This document shows positions 7,497 through 16,535 of a stretch of DNA of 43,771 bases, one piece after another. The notes under the pieces were generated by a model. It was not told the origin of the DNA, ran no database searches, and saw only the letters and a program-made list of their open reading frames with translations. Within the stretch, counting starts at the first letter, position 1, and every line of letters begins with the position of its first letter. The DNA is from Chloroflexota bacterium. Its GTDB lineage: Bacteria > Chloroflexota > Limnocylindria > Limnocylindrales > CSP1-4. Where the stretch lies: NCBI GenBank assembly GCA_031431395.1, contig JANPDJ010000124.1:1-43771 (forward strand), written 5' to 3'. The position numbers and the translations under genes were made by a program.

Positions 7497-9814
7497 CAGG
7501 TGCGCGTCGGCACGGCCGCCTCGCTGCTCGCGTCGGAGCCGTCGAGGTTGTTGTCGAGCAGCCGCATCTGCCCCAACTCCTGCGGCAGCCCCACCTCGGG
7601 CTCGGGCTCCCTCACGGGTTCCAGCTCACGCTCAGCCTCCGGTTCCGGTTCATCGGTTGGGCCCACGTCCACGGCGGACGGACCGGGCAGCACAACGACG
7701 GCGTCGGCGACCGCGTCGTACCGATCGGAGCACGTCAGGTAGATGATCTGGAAGTCGCGGGCAAGGTCGTGCAGCAGGTCGAGGGCGCGGACGGCCCGGT
7801 CGTCGTCGAACGTGACGAAGGGGTCGTCGAAGATGAGCGGCGGCCGGCGATCGCCGGTCACGAGGCGCACAAGGCCAAGGCGGGCGGCCAGGTAGACCTG
7901 GTCCACGGTGCCCTGGCTGAGCTGGCTCACGGCCACCCAGTCGGCCTTCTCAGGTGCGAACACGCGGATGTCGAGGGTCCGGTCGTCCACCGAGACGCGC
8001 CGGTAGCGGCCATTGGTGATGCGCTCCACGTCCGCGACCATGGTCCGCTCCAGGTAGCGCGTCGCCGTGCGCATCGTTGCGCGCTCCGCCCGCTCGATGG
8101 CGGCGAGCGTCTCCGTGTAAATGCGGGCGCGACGCTGGACGGCCGCCAGACGCTCACGGGACACCGCGAGCTGTTCCGATTCCGCGGCCACCAGCTCCGC
8201 GTCCACCGCGTTGGCTTCGACGCGCGCGCGCGCCTTCGCCTCGTCGTCGCGCCAGCGTTCCAGTGAAGTCTCGGCGTCGCGGACCTCTGTCTCCAGACGC
8301 TCGCGGGCCCGTGGCTCGTGCGCGATGGGGCCGAGCGCCTCGAGCGCGGCCGTCTTCTGCTCGATTTCGAGCGCCGCGGCGTCGCGCTGTCGGGACAACT
8401 CGTCGGGGGTCAGCGTGCCGGCGAGCCCTTCGAGACGCGCCCTGGTCCGGTCGATCGCCTGTGTGTGGGCGTCCTGGCGGGCCAGCAGATCCTCCGCCGC
8501 CGCGATGTCCGGCAGCTCCAGGAACCCGAGTTCCGTAGCGAAATCCGCCTGCTTCGCGGCGAGGTCCAGTTCGAGCTGCGCGCGGCTGTGAGCGCGGCGC
8601 GCGTCCAGGTCCGCGCGCAACAGGCCGGAGACACGGCCGTGCAGCAAAGCCCGCCTGCGGCGCAGGGCGACGAGACCGACAAGCACCCCGAGGGCCAGGG
8701 ATCCCATGACGGCGCCGACCAGGAGGCCCTGGGTCATGCCGGGCACAAGGATGCCGACAGCTGCGCCTGCAGCGGCCGCAGCGAGGAACAGCGCCCCCAC
8801 GAGCGCCCACCCGCGCCACGCCGGCTCGGGGACCGGCATCGGCGATTCCATCTGCCGGGCCCCGTCAAGGCTCCCGCTCAGCGCGGCAATCTCGCGATCG
8901 AGCGAGCGCAGGCGTTCAACGCGCTCCCTGACAACCGGCAGTGGATGGCTGGACGGGGGGCTGACCTGGAGCTGCTCGACCTCCCGTGCGAGTGCGATGG
9001 CATTCCGGAACCGCTCGAAGCGCTCCCGGGCGGCGTCCCGATCGGCCAGGAACCGTTCCGCCTGTCGAGCCTTCTCGAGCATCGCACGGCCCTCTCCCAG
9101 GGCCGTCGCGGCAGTGCGCCGGCGCTCGCTGGAGAGCCCGAGCGCGTCGCGGTCACCGGCCAGAAGCGCAAGCGCTGTATCGCCCCGCTCGACGGCCGCC
9201 GCGAGGCGCACAACGTTCTCATCGGCCACCTTCAGGCGACCAGGGTTGCGATCACCGCGCATCTGCAGGTCGTGCAGGGCGCGCTCCAGCTTCTTCCTGG
9301 CCGCCGATGTGCCGCGGTCGGCGCCGCTGATGGACGCCTGTAGACGATCACGAAGGGAGGCTTCGTCGCGGTCGAGTTGTTCCAGTTCGTGGTGGCGGAC
9401 CGAGGCCGTGGAGCGGAAGAACGGCTCCGTGGGGATGCCCGTCAGACGGGCAAGCCGGTCCTCCACCTCCGCCGGATCCGTGGTGACCTCGCCGTCCACG
9501 TCCAGCCGCACGGTCCCGCGGGCGCCGCGAAAGGCCTTTTCCAGCTGCCCGTGCCGCGTCCCATCCACGTCCTCTTCGATGAAGTCCAGCTGGATGACTG
9601 GGCGCGCATCCGGGCCGGCTGGCCACGACCGGATGGCATCGAGGTCCGCCTGGGCAGACGTCACCTTCCGCGCGAGGGCCAGCTCGATCGCGCGCTGGAT
9701 GGTGGTCTTGCCAGCTTCGTTCGGGCCGCGAACCACGGTCAGACCGGGTGCGAAGGCGAGGTCCAATGCCGCGTGCCGGCCGAAATCCCGGAGGCGGAGG
9801 CGCGTGACTCTCAC
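7496..9814 (-). CDS. SMC/Rad50-like ATPase with coiled coil and central transmembrane hairpin (YhaN/AAA_27-like)
   Basis: Start VRVTRLRLRDFG (GTG 9814, overlapping the upstream stop). Walker A GPNEAGKTT, signature LSQGT, Walker B LIFDDPF, two hydrophobic helices mid coiled-coil. Confidence 0.85.
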   Translation of the reverse strand: MRVTRLRLRDFGRHAALDLAFAPGLTVVRGPNEAGKTTIQRAIELALARKVTSAQADLDAIRSWPAGPDARPVIQLDFIEEDVDGTRHGQLEKAFRGARGTVRLDVDGEVTTDPAEVEDRLARLTGIPTEPFFRSTASVRHHELEQLDRDEASLRDRLQASISGADRGTSAARKKLERALHDLQMRGDRNPGRLKVADENVVRLAAAVERGDTALALLAGDRDALGLSSERRRTAATALGEGRAMLEKARQAERFLADRDAARERFERFRNAIALAREVEQLQVSPPSSHPLPVVRERVERLRSLDREIAALSGSLDGARQMESPMPVPEPAWRGWALVGALFLAAAAAGAAVGILVPGMTQGLLVGAVMGSLALGVLVGLVALRRRRALLHGRVSGLLRADLDARRAHSRAQLELDLAAKQADFATELGFLELPDIAAAEDLLARQDAHTQAIDRTRARLEGLAGTLTPDELSRQRDAAALEIEQKTAALEALGPIAHEPRARERLETEVRDAETSLERWRDDEAKARARVEANAVDAELVAAESEQLAVSRERLAAVQRRARIYTETLAAIERAERATMRTATRYLERTMVADVERITNGRYRRVSVDDRTLDIRVFAPEKADWVAVSQLSQGTVDQVYLAARLGLVRLVTGDRRPPLIFDDPFVTFDDDRAVRALDLLHDLARDFQIIYLTCSDRYDAVADAVVVLPGPSAVDVGPTDEPEPEAERELEPVREPEPEVGLPQELGQMRLLDNNLDGSDASSEAAVPTRT

Positions 9815-10977
9815 AGGGTCACCTCCTGACCGGACATCAGCAGGCGGCCCAGGCGGAGGACATCCAGCATTTCGCGGGCCGCATCTGCGGACCCCGCGGC
9901 CTCGAGCTCCGAGATGCGGGCCTCGACGTCCCGGATGAACGCACCGGCAATCGTCTCGGCGGGTGGCACCGGCCCGATCGCAAGACCCGGCGCCGAGAGG
10001 TCCCGGACGCGGATCCTGGAGAACGACGGTGCGAGAGCAGGCTCCACCTCGTCCAGATCGAGGTCCAGCTGGTCCGGCCTGACGCCGGTAAGCCGCACAT
10101 CCAGGACGAGATCCGGGTGGGCGTGCGTCAGCAGGCGCGCGATGAGGGTCGCCTGGCTGGGCACCTCTGCGGCGTCCACGTCCAACCGTTCGAAGCGCGT
10201 CCGGCCCACGGTCCGCTCCTGGACCGTTGCCGTGCGAACGCCGTCCACGAGATCCAGCGTCACGAGCAGGACATTGCCGGCGCGATCCTGGTCCACGGCC
10301 ACGGGCTCCGGGGCGCCCGAGTACGCGTAGGGGACGCCACCCGCACGGGCGGAGAGCATGGAATGCCAGTGCCCCAGGGCGAGGTAGTCCAGGCCGGACG
10401 CAGCGATCTCGCCGGCTTCGAAGACCACGTCGTCGCCGTCCGTCCGGCCGGGGATCGACAACGCGCCGTGGATCATCCCGATCCGCCACGTGGCCCGGGT
10501 CTCGCCGTGCACGTCGAACCCGGCCAGCGGACTCCGGGGCGCGCGCTTCGTGTCGAAGACGCGGCCATAGACGACGGCATCCAGGGCCGACAAGACCACG
10601 TCCGGCCGCTCCGGCGTGAGGACAACGACCATATCGCCACCGGCCGGTGCGCCCGCGAGCGCCGCGAGGTCGTACGCCCGGTAGATCGACGAGCGGTCGT
10701 AGACGTCGTGGGTGCCCGGGATGATGACTGAGCGGATGGTGGCCTGGACGAGCCGGTGCAGTTCGGCCGCGACGCGCTCCACCGATCGCCGGGGCTGCGT
10801 GTTCGAGTCGAACAGGTCTCCGGCAACGAGGAACAGGTCCACCCGTTCCTCGATCGCGAGGTCCACCGATCGCCGGAACGCGGCGAACTGGCGCTGACGC
10901 TGCGCAGCGGCCTGCTCCCCGAGATCAGCGTGGCGCGCGCCCAGGTGCACGTCCGCGGTGTGGAGGAGTCGGATCAT
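9811..10977 (-). CDS. Mre11/SbcD-like metallophosphoesterase (DNA repair exonuclease, YhaO-like)
   Basis: LLHTADVHLG, AGDLFD, PGTHD, HG, YLALGHWH, YSGAPE motifs. Start set at ATG 10977. Confidence 0.88.
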   Translation of the reverse strand: MIRLLHTADVHLGARHADLGEQAAAQRQRQFAAFRRSVDLAIEERVDLFLVAGDLFDSNTQPRRSVERVAAELHRLVQATIRSVIIPGTHDVYDRSSIYRAYDLAALAGAPAGGDMVVVLTPERPDVVLSALDAVVYGRVFDTKRAPRSPLAGFDVHGETRATWRIGMIHGALSIPGRTDGDDVVFEAGEIAASGLDYLALGHWHSMLSARAGGVPYAYSGAPEPVAVDQDRAGNVLLVTLDLVDGVRTATVQERTVGRTRFERLDVDAAEVPSQATLIARLLTHAHPDLVLDVRLTGVRPDQLDLDLDEVEPALAPSFSRIRVRDLSAPGLAIGPVPPAETIAGAFIRDVEARISELEAAGSADAAREMLDVLRLGRLLMSGQEVTL

Positions 10978-11105
10978 CGCCGGTCGAAGGACCTCGGGGT
11001 GACGGGTCTGCTGACGAGAAGGCCGCCGGACCACGTGCGAAGGTTGGTGCGAGCGAGGAGCCCCCGTTTGCCCTCGCTCGCCACTGGCAGCATGTGGGTC
11101 GATTG

Positions 11106-11122
11106 TGACAGGTTGCCTGTCA
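11106..11122. promoter_or_regulatory. Perfect inverted repeat TGACAGG-N3-CCTGTCA, possible operator or hairpin
   Basis: Seen directly, about 130 bp upstream of the Mre11-like gene at the left edge of the metal region. Confidence 0.35.
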
Positions 11123-11209
11123 ACGTTGTCTCCGTGCCGGCCGACTCTTGCCCTTGACGTCCGGGGCCGCGGATGACCCGTCGCTCGGCGTCGGCACCAC
11201 CTGCCGGCG

Positions 11210-11341
11210 ATGGCAATCGAGAAGGGCCTGTCCCTCTCGCGCCAGAGCATCGACTACTCCTGCTGTGGGAAGGGCTGCAAGCTCGACTTCATCGAGGATC
11301 CAGAGCGGTTCCTCGACCTGGCATGCGTGCCGGCGATGTAA
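11210..11341 (+). pseudogene. Remnant of a YHS/TRASH-domain gene (C-terminal half)
   Basis: Translates MAIEKGLSLSRQSIDYSCCGKGCKLDFIEDPERFLDLACVPAM*, paralogous to the end of 16583-17077 (YFFCGKGCRLEFEEDPERYLDPAYVPSM*). The DPVCGM half is missing. Confidence 0.75.
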
Positions 11342-11365
11342 GGCTGCGATTCGTGAGGGCTGCCT

Positions 11366-12235
11366 TCATGGGCCGGGCCAGCTCCGGCCTCCATCGACGG
11401 ATCGATAGATCGAGCCGAAGCGCGTTGCAGCCGCGAGGGACCGCCCGTCGTTCGTCATGGCGATCGCGAACGTGGGCTGATGGAATCCCGTCAGCGACCA
11501 GGTCCGGCCGGCATCGTCGGAGCGATACAGCCCCGACGGCGTGCCGGCGAGGAAGATCGTGCCCGCAGCGTTCGCGACGAGACTGATCATCGGATAGTCG
11601 GGCGGAGCGCCGGTCGCGTGCCAGGAGCGGCCCCCGTCGTCACTGGCGACGAGGCCACTGACATCGACGCCGATGAGTCGCGTCGCCACGCCGGTTCGTA
11701 CCGCGTTGAGGTACAGGATGTTGTCCGCGAAGACCTTCTGCCAGTGCGCACCCGAATTCGTGCTCTCGAACACTCCGCCGGTCGCGAGATAGGCCCACAT
11801 CCGGGCGGGATCGCCTGGGTCACGCGCGAACCCGTGAATGTCCAGGCCCGGTAGGTCATTGGCGATTTCGTGCCAGGAACGACCGCCGTCGGTGCTGGAC
11901 CGGAAGACATCATGGCCAGCGATGATGGTCGACCCGTCCTCGCCGAGCTGCATCTGCATTGCGTCCGCGTTTGCCCGGAGGTCAATCCACGTCCGGCCAC
12001 CGTCGCGCGATTCGAAGATGCCGCCATGATGGCCAAACAGGAGGCGATCCGGATCGCCCCCGACAAAGGCGATCGAGTGCGCGTCGCGCGTCGCCAGGTT
12101 CGCCCAGGCGACCGGAGCCTTCGATCCGGAGTTCAGAACGACATAGCCGCCGACCATCGTCAGCGCGGTCGCGACCAGGCCGGCTGCGGCCCAGCCGCGC
12201 AGCCCGACACGACGCAATCGTGGGATCACTCGCAT
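11366..12235 (-). CDS. Membrane-anchored/secreted BNR (Asp-box) repeat beta-propeller protein
   Basis: N-terminal hydrophobic helix and repeated SxDGGxSW/TW Asp boxes. DAHS, GHHG, AGHD and DIHG His motifs. Start ATG 12235. Confidence 0.8.
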   Translation of the reverse strand: MRVIPRLRRVGLRGWAAAGLVATALTMVGGYVVLNSGSKAPVAWANLATRDAHSIAFVGGDPDRLLFGHHGGIFESRDGGRTWIDLRANADAMQMQLGEDGSTIIAGHDVFRSSTDGGRSWHEIANDLPGLDIHGFARDPGDPARMWAYLATGGVFESTNSGAHWQKVFADNILYLNAVRTGVATRLIGVDVSGLVASDDGGRSWHATGAPPDYPMISLVANAAGTIFLAGTPSGLYRSDDAGRTWSLTGFHQPTFAIAMTNDGRSLAAATRFGSIYRSVDGGRSWPGP

Positions 12236-12283
12236 CCCCGGATCGTAGCTGGCTTGTCCCCGGCACGACTTCGGCGGACCTGT

Positions 12284-12309
12284 AACACTTGAGCCATGGC
12301 TCAAGTGTT
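12284..12309. promoter_or_regulatory. ArsR/SmtB-type 12-2-12 operator AACACTTGAGCC-AT-GGCTCAAGTGTT
   Basis: Perfect 26-bp palindrome with a TGA-N8-TCA core, centred on the ATG of the arsR-family gene. Confidence 0.85.
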
Positions 12310-12712
12310 CGCGTCCGCGATCGATGCTGACCGCTGTGAGATTGACTGCCTTCACCCCGCTTCGATCCGGCCGCTCCTTGGCCTGACGCTCAGCACGGAC
12401 GGCGCCGTGGCGGTCGGGGCACTGTTCGAAACGCTGGCGGATCCATCGCGCGCACGCCTGCTCCACGCGCTCGCGATCAGCGAGGTCGAACTGTGCGTCT
12501 GCGACCTCGCCCTTGTCGTCGGCATGAGCGTGTCCGCCCTCAGCCATCAGCTCCGGTACCTCCGCGAGCGGAGAGCGATCGCGCGCCGGAAGGTCGGCCG
12601 GATCGCGTACTACAGGCTCATCGATGACCACCTGCGCGGCCTCGTCCTCGGCGCCGTCGCGCACGTTGCGGAGTCCGCGGCTCAGAAGACAGAGGACAAA
12701 CGAGCCTCGTGA
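12296..12712 (+). CDS. ArsR/SmtB metalloregulator, CadC/ZiaR-like with alpha3N and alpha5 sites
   Basis: N-terminal CEIDC, ELCVCDL, SALSHQLRYLR and C-terminal DDH-x10-HVAE. Confidence 0.9.
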   Translation: MAQVFASAIDADRCEIDCLHPASIRPLLGLTLSTDGAVAVGALFETLADPSRARLLHALAISEVELCVCDLALVVGMSVSALSHQLRYLRERRAIARRKVGRIAYYRLIDDHLRGLVLGAVAHVAESAAQKTEDKRAS

Positions 12713-13389
12713 TTGACCGTGCGCTCCCGAGCCCACGTCAGGCGTGGCTTCGGCGGGGCCTCTTCCTCGAATACCTGACGGTCGGCTGGAACGTGATCGA
12801 AGGCATCCTCGCGGTGGGCGCGGGCATCCTCGCGGTGGGCGCGGGCATCTTCGCGGTGGGCGCGGGCATGCTCGCGCGAAGCCCATCGCTGGTCGGCTTC
12901 GGTGTCGACAGCGCGGTCGAGAGCACCTCGGGCGGCGTTCTCATCTGGCGGCTCCGTGGCGAGCTCCACGGCGACGGCGACGAAAAGGCGTTCGAAGCCC
13001 TGGAGCGACGCGCCGAGCGGATCGTCGGATTCTCGTTCCTGCTCCTTGCCGCATACGTTGCGTTCGACGCCGTGACGTCGCTCCTGAACCAGGACCGCCC
13101 CGCGGTCAGCCCGCTCGGCATCGTCGTAGCCGCCGTGTCGATCGCGGCGATGCTGTGGCTCGCGCGCGCGAAGCGGACCGCCGGAACGGCCCTCGGCAGC
13201 CGCGCGCTCCTGGCGGATGCCAAGCAGACCCAGGCGTGCTGGTATCTCTCGTTCACGACGCTTGCCGGTCTCGGGCTCAACGCGCTGTTCGGGATCTGGT
13301 GGGCGGATCCAGTCGCGGCCATGGTGATTGTCGCGTTCCTCGTGCGCGAAGGGTTCGAGGCCCTGCGCGGCGACCACGAGGAGGGCTGA
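12709..13389 (+). CDS. Short CDF-like cation transporter (TM domain only, TMEM163-like)
   Basis: LEYLTVGWNVIEG, GFGVDSAVES, ALLADAKQT..C, WWADPVAA..REG. Confidence 0.8.
   Translation: MIDRALPSPRQAWLRRGLFLEYLTVGWNVIEGILAVGAGILAVGAGIFAVGAGMLARSPSLVGFGVDSAVESTSGGVLIWRLRGELHGDGDEKAFEALERRAERIVGFSFLLLAAYVAFDAVTSLLNQDRPAVSPLGIVVAAVSIAAMLWLARAKRTAGTALGSRALLADAKQTQACWYLSFTTLAGLGLNALFGIWWADPVAAMVIVAFLVREGFEALRGDHEEG
12802..12876 (+). repeat. In-frame 21-bp tandem repeat (3.5 copies) encoding GILAVGA
   Basis: GGCATCCTCGCGGTGGGCGCG at 12802, 12823 and 12844 (1 mismatch), with a partial copy at 12865. Confidence 0.95.
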
Positions 13390-13390
13390 G

Positions 13391-14374
13391 GTGGGTCACC
13401 AGGATCCGGTCCGCCAGACTCATGGAGTCGTGACGCCCCCGGGCCCCTCAGCGATGTCAGCCTCCCCAGGCGGCAACGGCCATCACCACTCGGCGGCGGG
13501 AGCCAGCGCCGGACGGCTCCGGATCGTACTCGTGCTGACCGCCGCCTACATGGTCGTGGAGGTCATCGGCGGGATCCTGACCGGGAGCCTGGCGCTCATC
13601 GCCGATGCCGGGCACATGGCGACTGATGTGGCGGGCGTGTCGATGGCGTTGCTCGCCATCTGGTTCGCCGCCCGTCCCCCGACAGCGCGCAAGTCGTATG
13701 GCTACTACCGCCTCGAGATCCTGGCCGCGATCGCGAACGGCCTGCTGCTGTTCGGCGTAGCGGCGTTCATCCTGTACGAGGCCTACCGCCGGTTCGTCGA
13801 TCCGCCCGAGGTGCTCGGCGTCCCGATGCTCCTCGTGGCGGCGGTGGGGCTTGTCGTCAACCTGGTCTCGGCGTACCTCCTGTTCGGTGGCCAGAAGACG
13901 AGCCTGAACCTGCGCGGCGGGTTCTACGAGGTGGTGGGGGACCTGCTTGGCTCGGTCGCGGTGATAGTCGCCGGCATCCTGATCGCGCTCACCGGCCAGA
14001 ACGTTATCGATCCGATCGCATCCGTCATCGTCGGCCTGTTGATCCTGCCGCGGACGTGGAGCCTCATCCGCGATGCGATCGACGTGCTGCTGGAGGCGAC
14101 CCCCAAGGGCGTCGACCTCGCCGAGGTCCGCCGCCACATCCTCGAGGCACCCGGCGTGGCCGACGTCCATGACCTCCACGCCTGGACGATCACCAGCGGC
14201 ATGAACGTGCTCTCGGCCCACGTCGTCCTGCATGAAGGGGCGGCGCCCGGCGACGCTCTCGATGAACTCGGGAATTGCCTCGCCGACGACTTCGACATCG
14301 AGCACTCCACGTTCCAGCTCGAAACGGCCGAGCACGTTCGATGGGAAGCCAGTCGCGACCGAGCCCAACTGTGA
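13391..14374 (+). CDS. czcD: CzcD/ZitB-type cation diffusion facilitator
   Basis: SLALIADAGHMATD, SYGYYRLEILAA, DVHDLHAWTITSG, HSTFQLE. Start is GTG 13391 or ATG 13454. Confidence 0.85.
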   Translation: MGHQDPVRQTHGVVTPPGPSAMSASPGGNGHHHSAAGASAGRLRIVLVLTAAYMVVEVIGGILTGSLALIADAGHMATDVAGVSMALLAIWFAARPPTARKSYGYYRLEILAAIANGLLLFGVAAFILYEAYRRFVDPPEVLGVPMLLVAAVGLVVNLVSAYLLFGGQKTSLNLRGGFYEVVGDLLGSVAVIVAGILIALTGQNVIDPIASVIVGLLILPRTWSLIRDAIDVLLEATPKGVDLAEVRRHILEAPGVADVHDLHAWTITSGMNVLSAHVVLHEGAAPGDALDELGNCLADDFDIEHSTFQLETAEHVRWEASRDRAQL

Positions 14375-14399
14375 TCGCCCAGGCGATCCAGGAGCCGGC

Positions 14400-15515
14400 G
14401 TGACCCCGCACGACCACGACAGCCACGATCACGACCACGAGCACGGCGAGGGCGAGCATCACCACGCTCCGAGCGAGGGCCTGTTTGCGCGCCTACGCGA
14501 GCTGCTGCGGCCGCACTCTCACGATGCGGCCACCAAGATCGATGCCGCCCTCGAGTCCGATGCGCGTGGCGTCCGGGCACTGAAGCTCAGCCTCGGTGCG
14601 CTCCTGCTGACAGGCGTCATTCAACTCGTCGTGGTTCTGGCTTCGGGATCGGTCGGTCTTCTGTCCGACACCCTTCACAACTTCGCGGACGCGTTCACGG
14701 CACTGCCGATCTGGCTTGCCTTCTTGGTCGGCCGACGCGTCGCGACGCGTCGGTTCTCCTACGGCCTCGGTCGAGCCGAGGACCTCGCCGGCGTCGTGGT
14801 GCTCCTGTTCATCGCGGCATCAGCGGTGATCGCCGCGTATCTCGCAATCGAGCGCCTCTTCCACCCGGCGGAGGTCAAGCTGCTTTGGGCCGTGGCGGTC
14901 GCGGGCGTTGTCGGCTTCCTGGGCAATGAACTCGTGGCGCGCTACCGCATCAAGGTTGGACGGGAAATCGGCTCGGCTGCGCTGGTCGCTGATGGTCTCC
15001 ATGCTCGCGCCGATGGCTTCACGTCCCTTGCCGTTGTGGTGGGTGCAGCCGGCGTCGCGCTTGGCTTCCCGGCAGCCGACCCGATCGCCGGTCTGATCAT
15101 CGCGGTCCTGATCGTGGTCGTCCTGAAGGACGCCGCTCGCGACGTCCTGATGCGGATCATGGATGGCGTGGACCCGGCAATCCTCGACGCCTCTGAGGCT
15201 GCGTTGCGCGCTGTGCCGGGAGTCGAATCCGTTGGCGCGGTTCGGGTGCGCTGGATCGGCCACCGGCTTCGCGCCGAGGCCGAGGTGCTCGTCGACGAGG
15301 ACCTGACCGTCGTCGCGGCACACGAGATCGCCGAGGACGCTCGCCACTCCCTGCTGCATGACGTGCCGCATCTTGGGTCGGCCATCATCCACGCCGATCC
15401 GTGCGGCCACAGCGGGCAGGACCACCACGCTGTGGCGGCTCACCACGACCTTGCGGCGAGCACTGTCGCTGGCCGTCGCCCTGGGACGACAACGGTTTCA
15501 AGCGCGGACGGCTAG
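14400..15515 (+). CDS. Cation diffusion facilitator with His-rich N-terminus
   Basis: HDHDSHDHDHEHGEGEHHH, SVGLLSDTLHNFAD, LVADGLHARAD, RVRWIGH, IIHADP. GTG 14400 with GGAG RBS. Confidence 0.88.
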   Translation: MTPHDHDSHDHDHEHGEGEHHHAPSEGLFARLRELLRPHSHDAATKIDAALESDARGVRALKLSLGALLLTGVIQLVVVLASGSVGLLSDTLHNFADAFTALPIWLAFLVGRRVATRRFSYGLGRAEDLAGVVVLLFIAASAVIAAYLAIERLFHPAEVKLLWAVAVAGVVGFLGNELVARYRIKVGREIGSAALVADGLHARADGFTSLAVVVGAAGVALGFPAADPIAGLIIAVLIVVVLKDAARDVLMRIMDGVDPAILDASEAALRAVPGVESVGAVRVRWIGHRLRAEAEVLVDEDLTVVAAHEIAEDARHSLLHDVPHLGSAIIHADPCGHSGQDHHAVAAHHDLAASTVAGRRPGTTTVSSADG

Positions 15516-15680
15516 TACGGACCGTACTGCGCGGATCACGCCGGCCTGAGTCCGCGCAACCACCTCGGCTGCAAGGTCGTGGCCACGACTGCAGGTGAAG
15601 TCGTGCCGCGGTCGCGCGGCTGCACCGCTGACCCATCCAACCTCCGAGCGAGCTCCGGCCACTGCAACTCGGCGCGCGGC

Positions 15681-15881
15681 GACGGCATCACGGACGCCCA
15701 GGTGGTGCCATCGAGCGTCACCAGCGTCATGGGGAAAGCTGGTAGGGCCGCTAGCCTCGGCCTCCTCGCTAGCCGACATCCTTCCGCCTGACGCCGATTT
15801 CGGCGGTGCCTTCGACATTCCAGCTCGAAACAGCGGAGCGCAATCGTTCGGAGGTCAGTCGGGACCGATCCCCACTTGTGA
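15681..15881 (+). pseudogene. Degenerate duplicate of the czcD 3' end
   Basis: 15812-15881 encodes STFQLETAERNRSEVSRDRSP, versus czcD STFQLETAEHVRWEASRDRAQL. There is a weaker upstream match, GITDA..VTSVM versus GVADV..ITSGM. Confidence 0.7.
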
Positions 15882-15928
15882 GTCGGGCCACGAGTCGTTC
15901 TCGCAACGCACAGGCTGGCACTACAGGG

Positions 15929-16522
15929 ATGTCGTACGATCACGTGAACACGCTCACAGCAGATGGCAGGCTGACATACGTGGTTGACAGTTTCAGGCAA
16001 CTCGCGGCGACCCTCGATCGACGATTCTGGCTGGCAGCAGCCGCAGGAACAGTCCTGGTGCTTCTTGTGCTGGGCGTGCCGTCGGCAGTGATCCCCAACC
16101 CGTTCTTCATTCGAATGACGCCCACGGAGCCAGTCAACGTGGCCGTCTGGCTTGCGTCGGCCCCTCTCGCCGGCCTGTTGCTTGCGACGTACGTCTCCAG
16201 GAGAGGCGGGATCGCGGCCGATGACCTCCATGCCGCTGCGGGCGGAGGCCGGGCGACACTCGGAGGTGTTGCCGCCTACCTCGCCATCGGCTGCCCCATC
16301 TGCAACAAGATCGTCGTCGCCGCGCTCGGTGTGTCGGGGGCCATGAGCGTCTTCGCCCCGCTCCAGCCTGTGATTGGCGGAGCCTCGCTGGCGCTGCTCG
16401 CGGGCACGCTTGCATGGCGTTTGCGGATGCGGGCACGAGGTTGTGCGCGATGCGCGTCGGCCTCGGTAGCTCCGCCCGCGCCGCTATCGGATGGAGGGTC
16501 GCCCACCTACAGCGTCCGTTGA
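15929..16522 (+). CDS. Membrane protein with CPxC (AIGCPICNK) and C-terminal CxxC
   Basis: About 4 TM helices, IPNPFFIRMTP, GCPICNKIVV, RGCARCA. The ORF-track start 15806 lies in the czcD remnant, so the real start is 15929 or 15980. Confidence 0.7.
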   Translation: MSYDHVNTLTADGRLTYVVDSFRQLAATLDRRFWLAAAAGTVLVLLVLGVPSAVIPNPFFIRMTPTEPVNVAVWLASAPLAGLLLATYVSRRGGIAADDLHAAAGGGRATLGGVAAYLAIGCPICNKIVVAALGVSGAMSVFAPLQPVIGGASLALLAGTLAWRLRMRARGCARCASASVAPPAPLSDGGSPTYSVR

Positions 16523-16535
16523 CGCCGTGGAGCCC

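Noticed and set aside
11011-11045. Hammerhead ribozyme-like CTGACGAG...CGAA
   Set aside because: No pairable stem II, and GAAG instead of GAAA.
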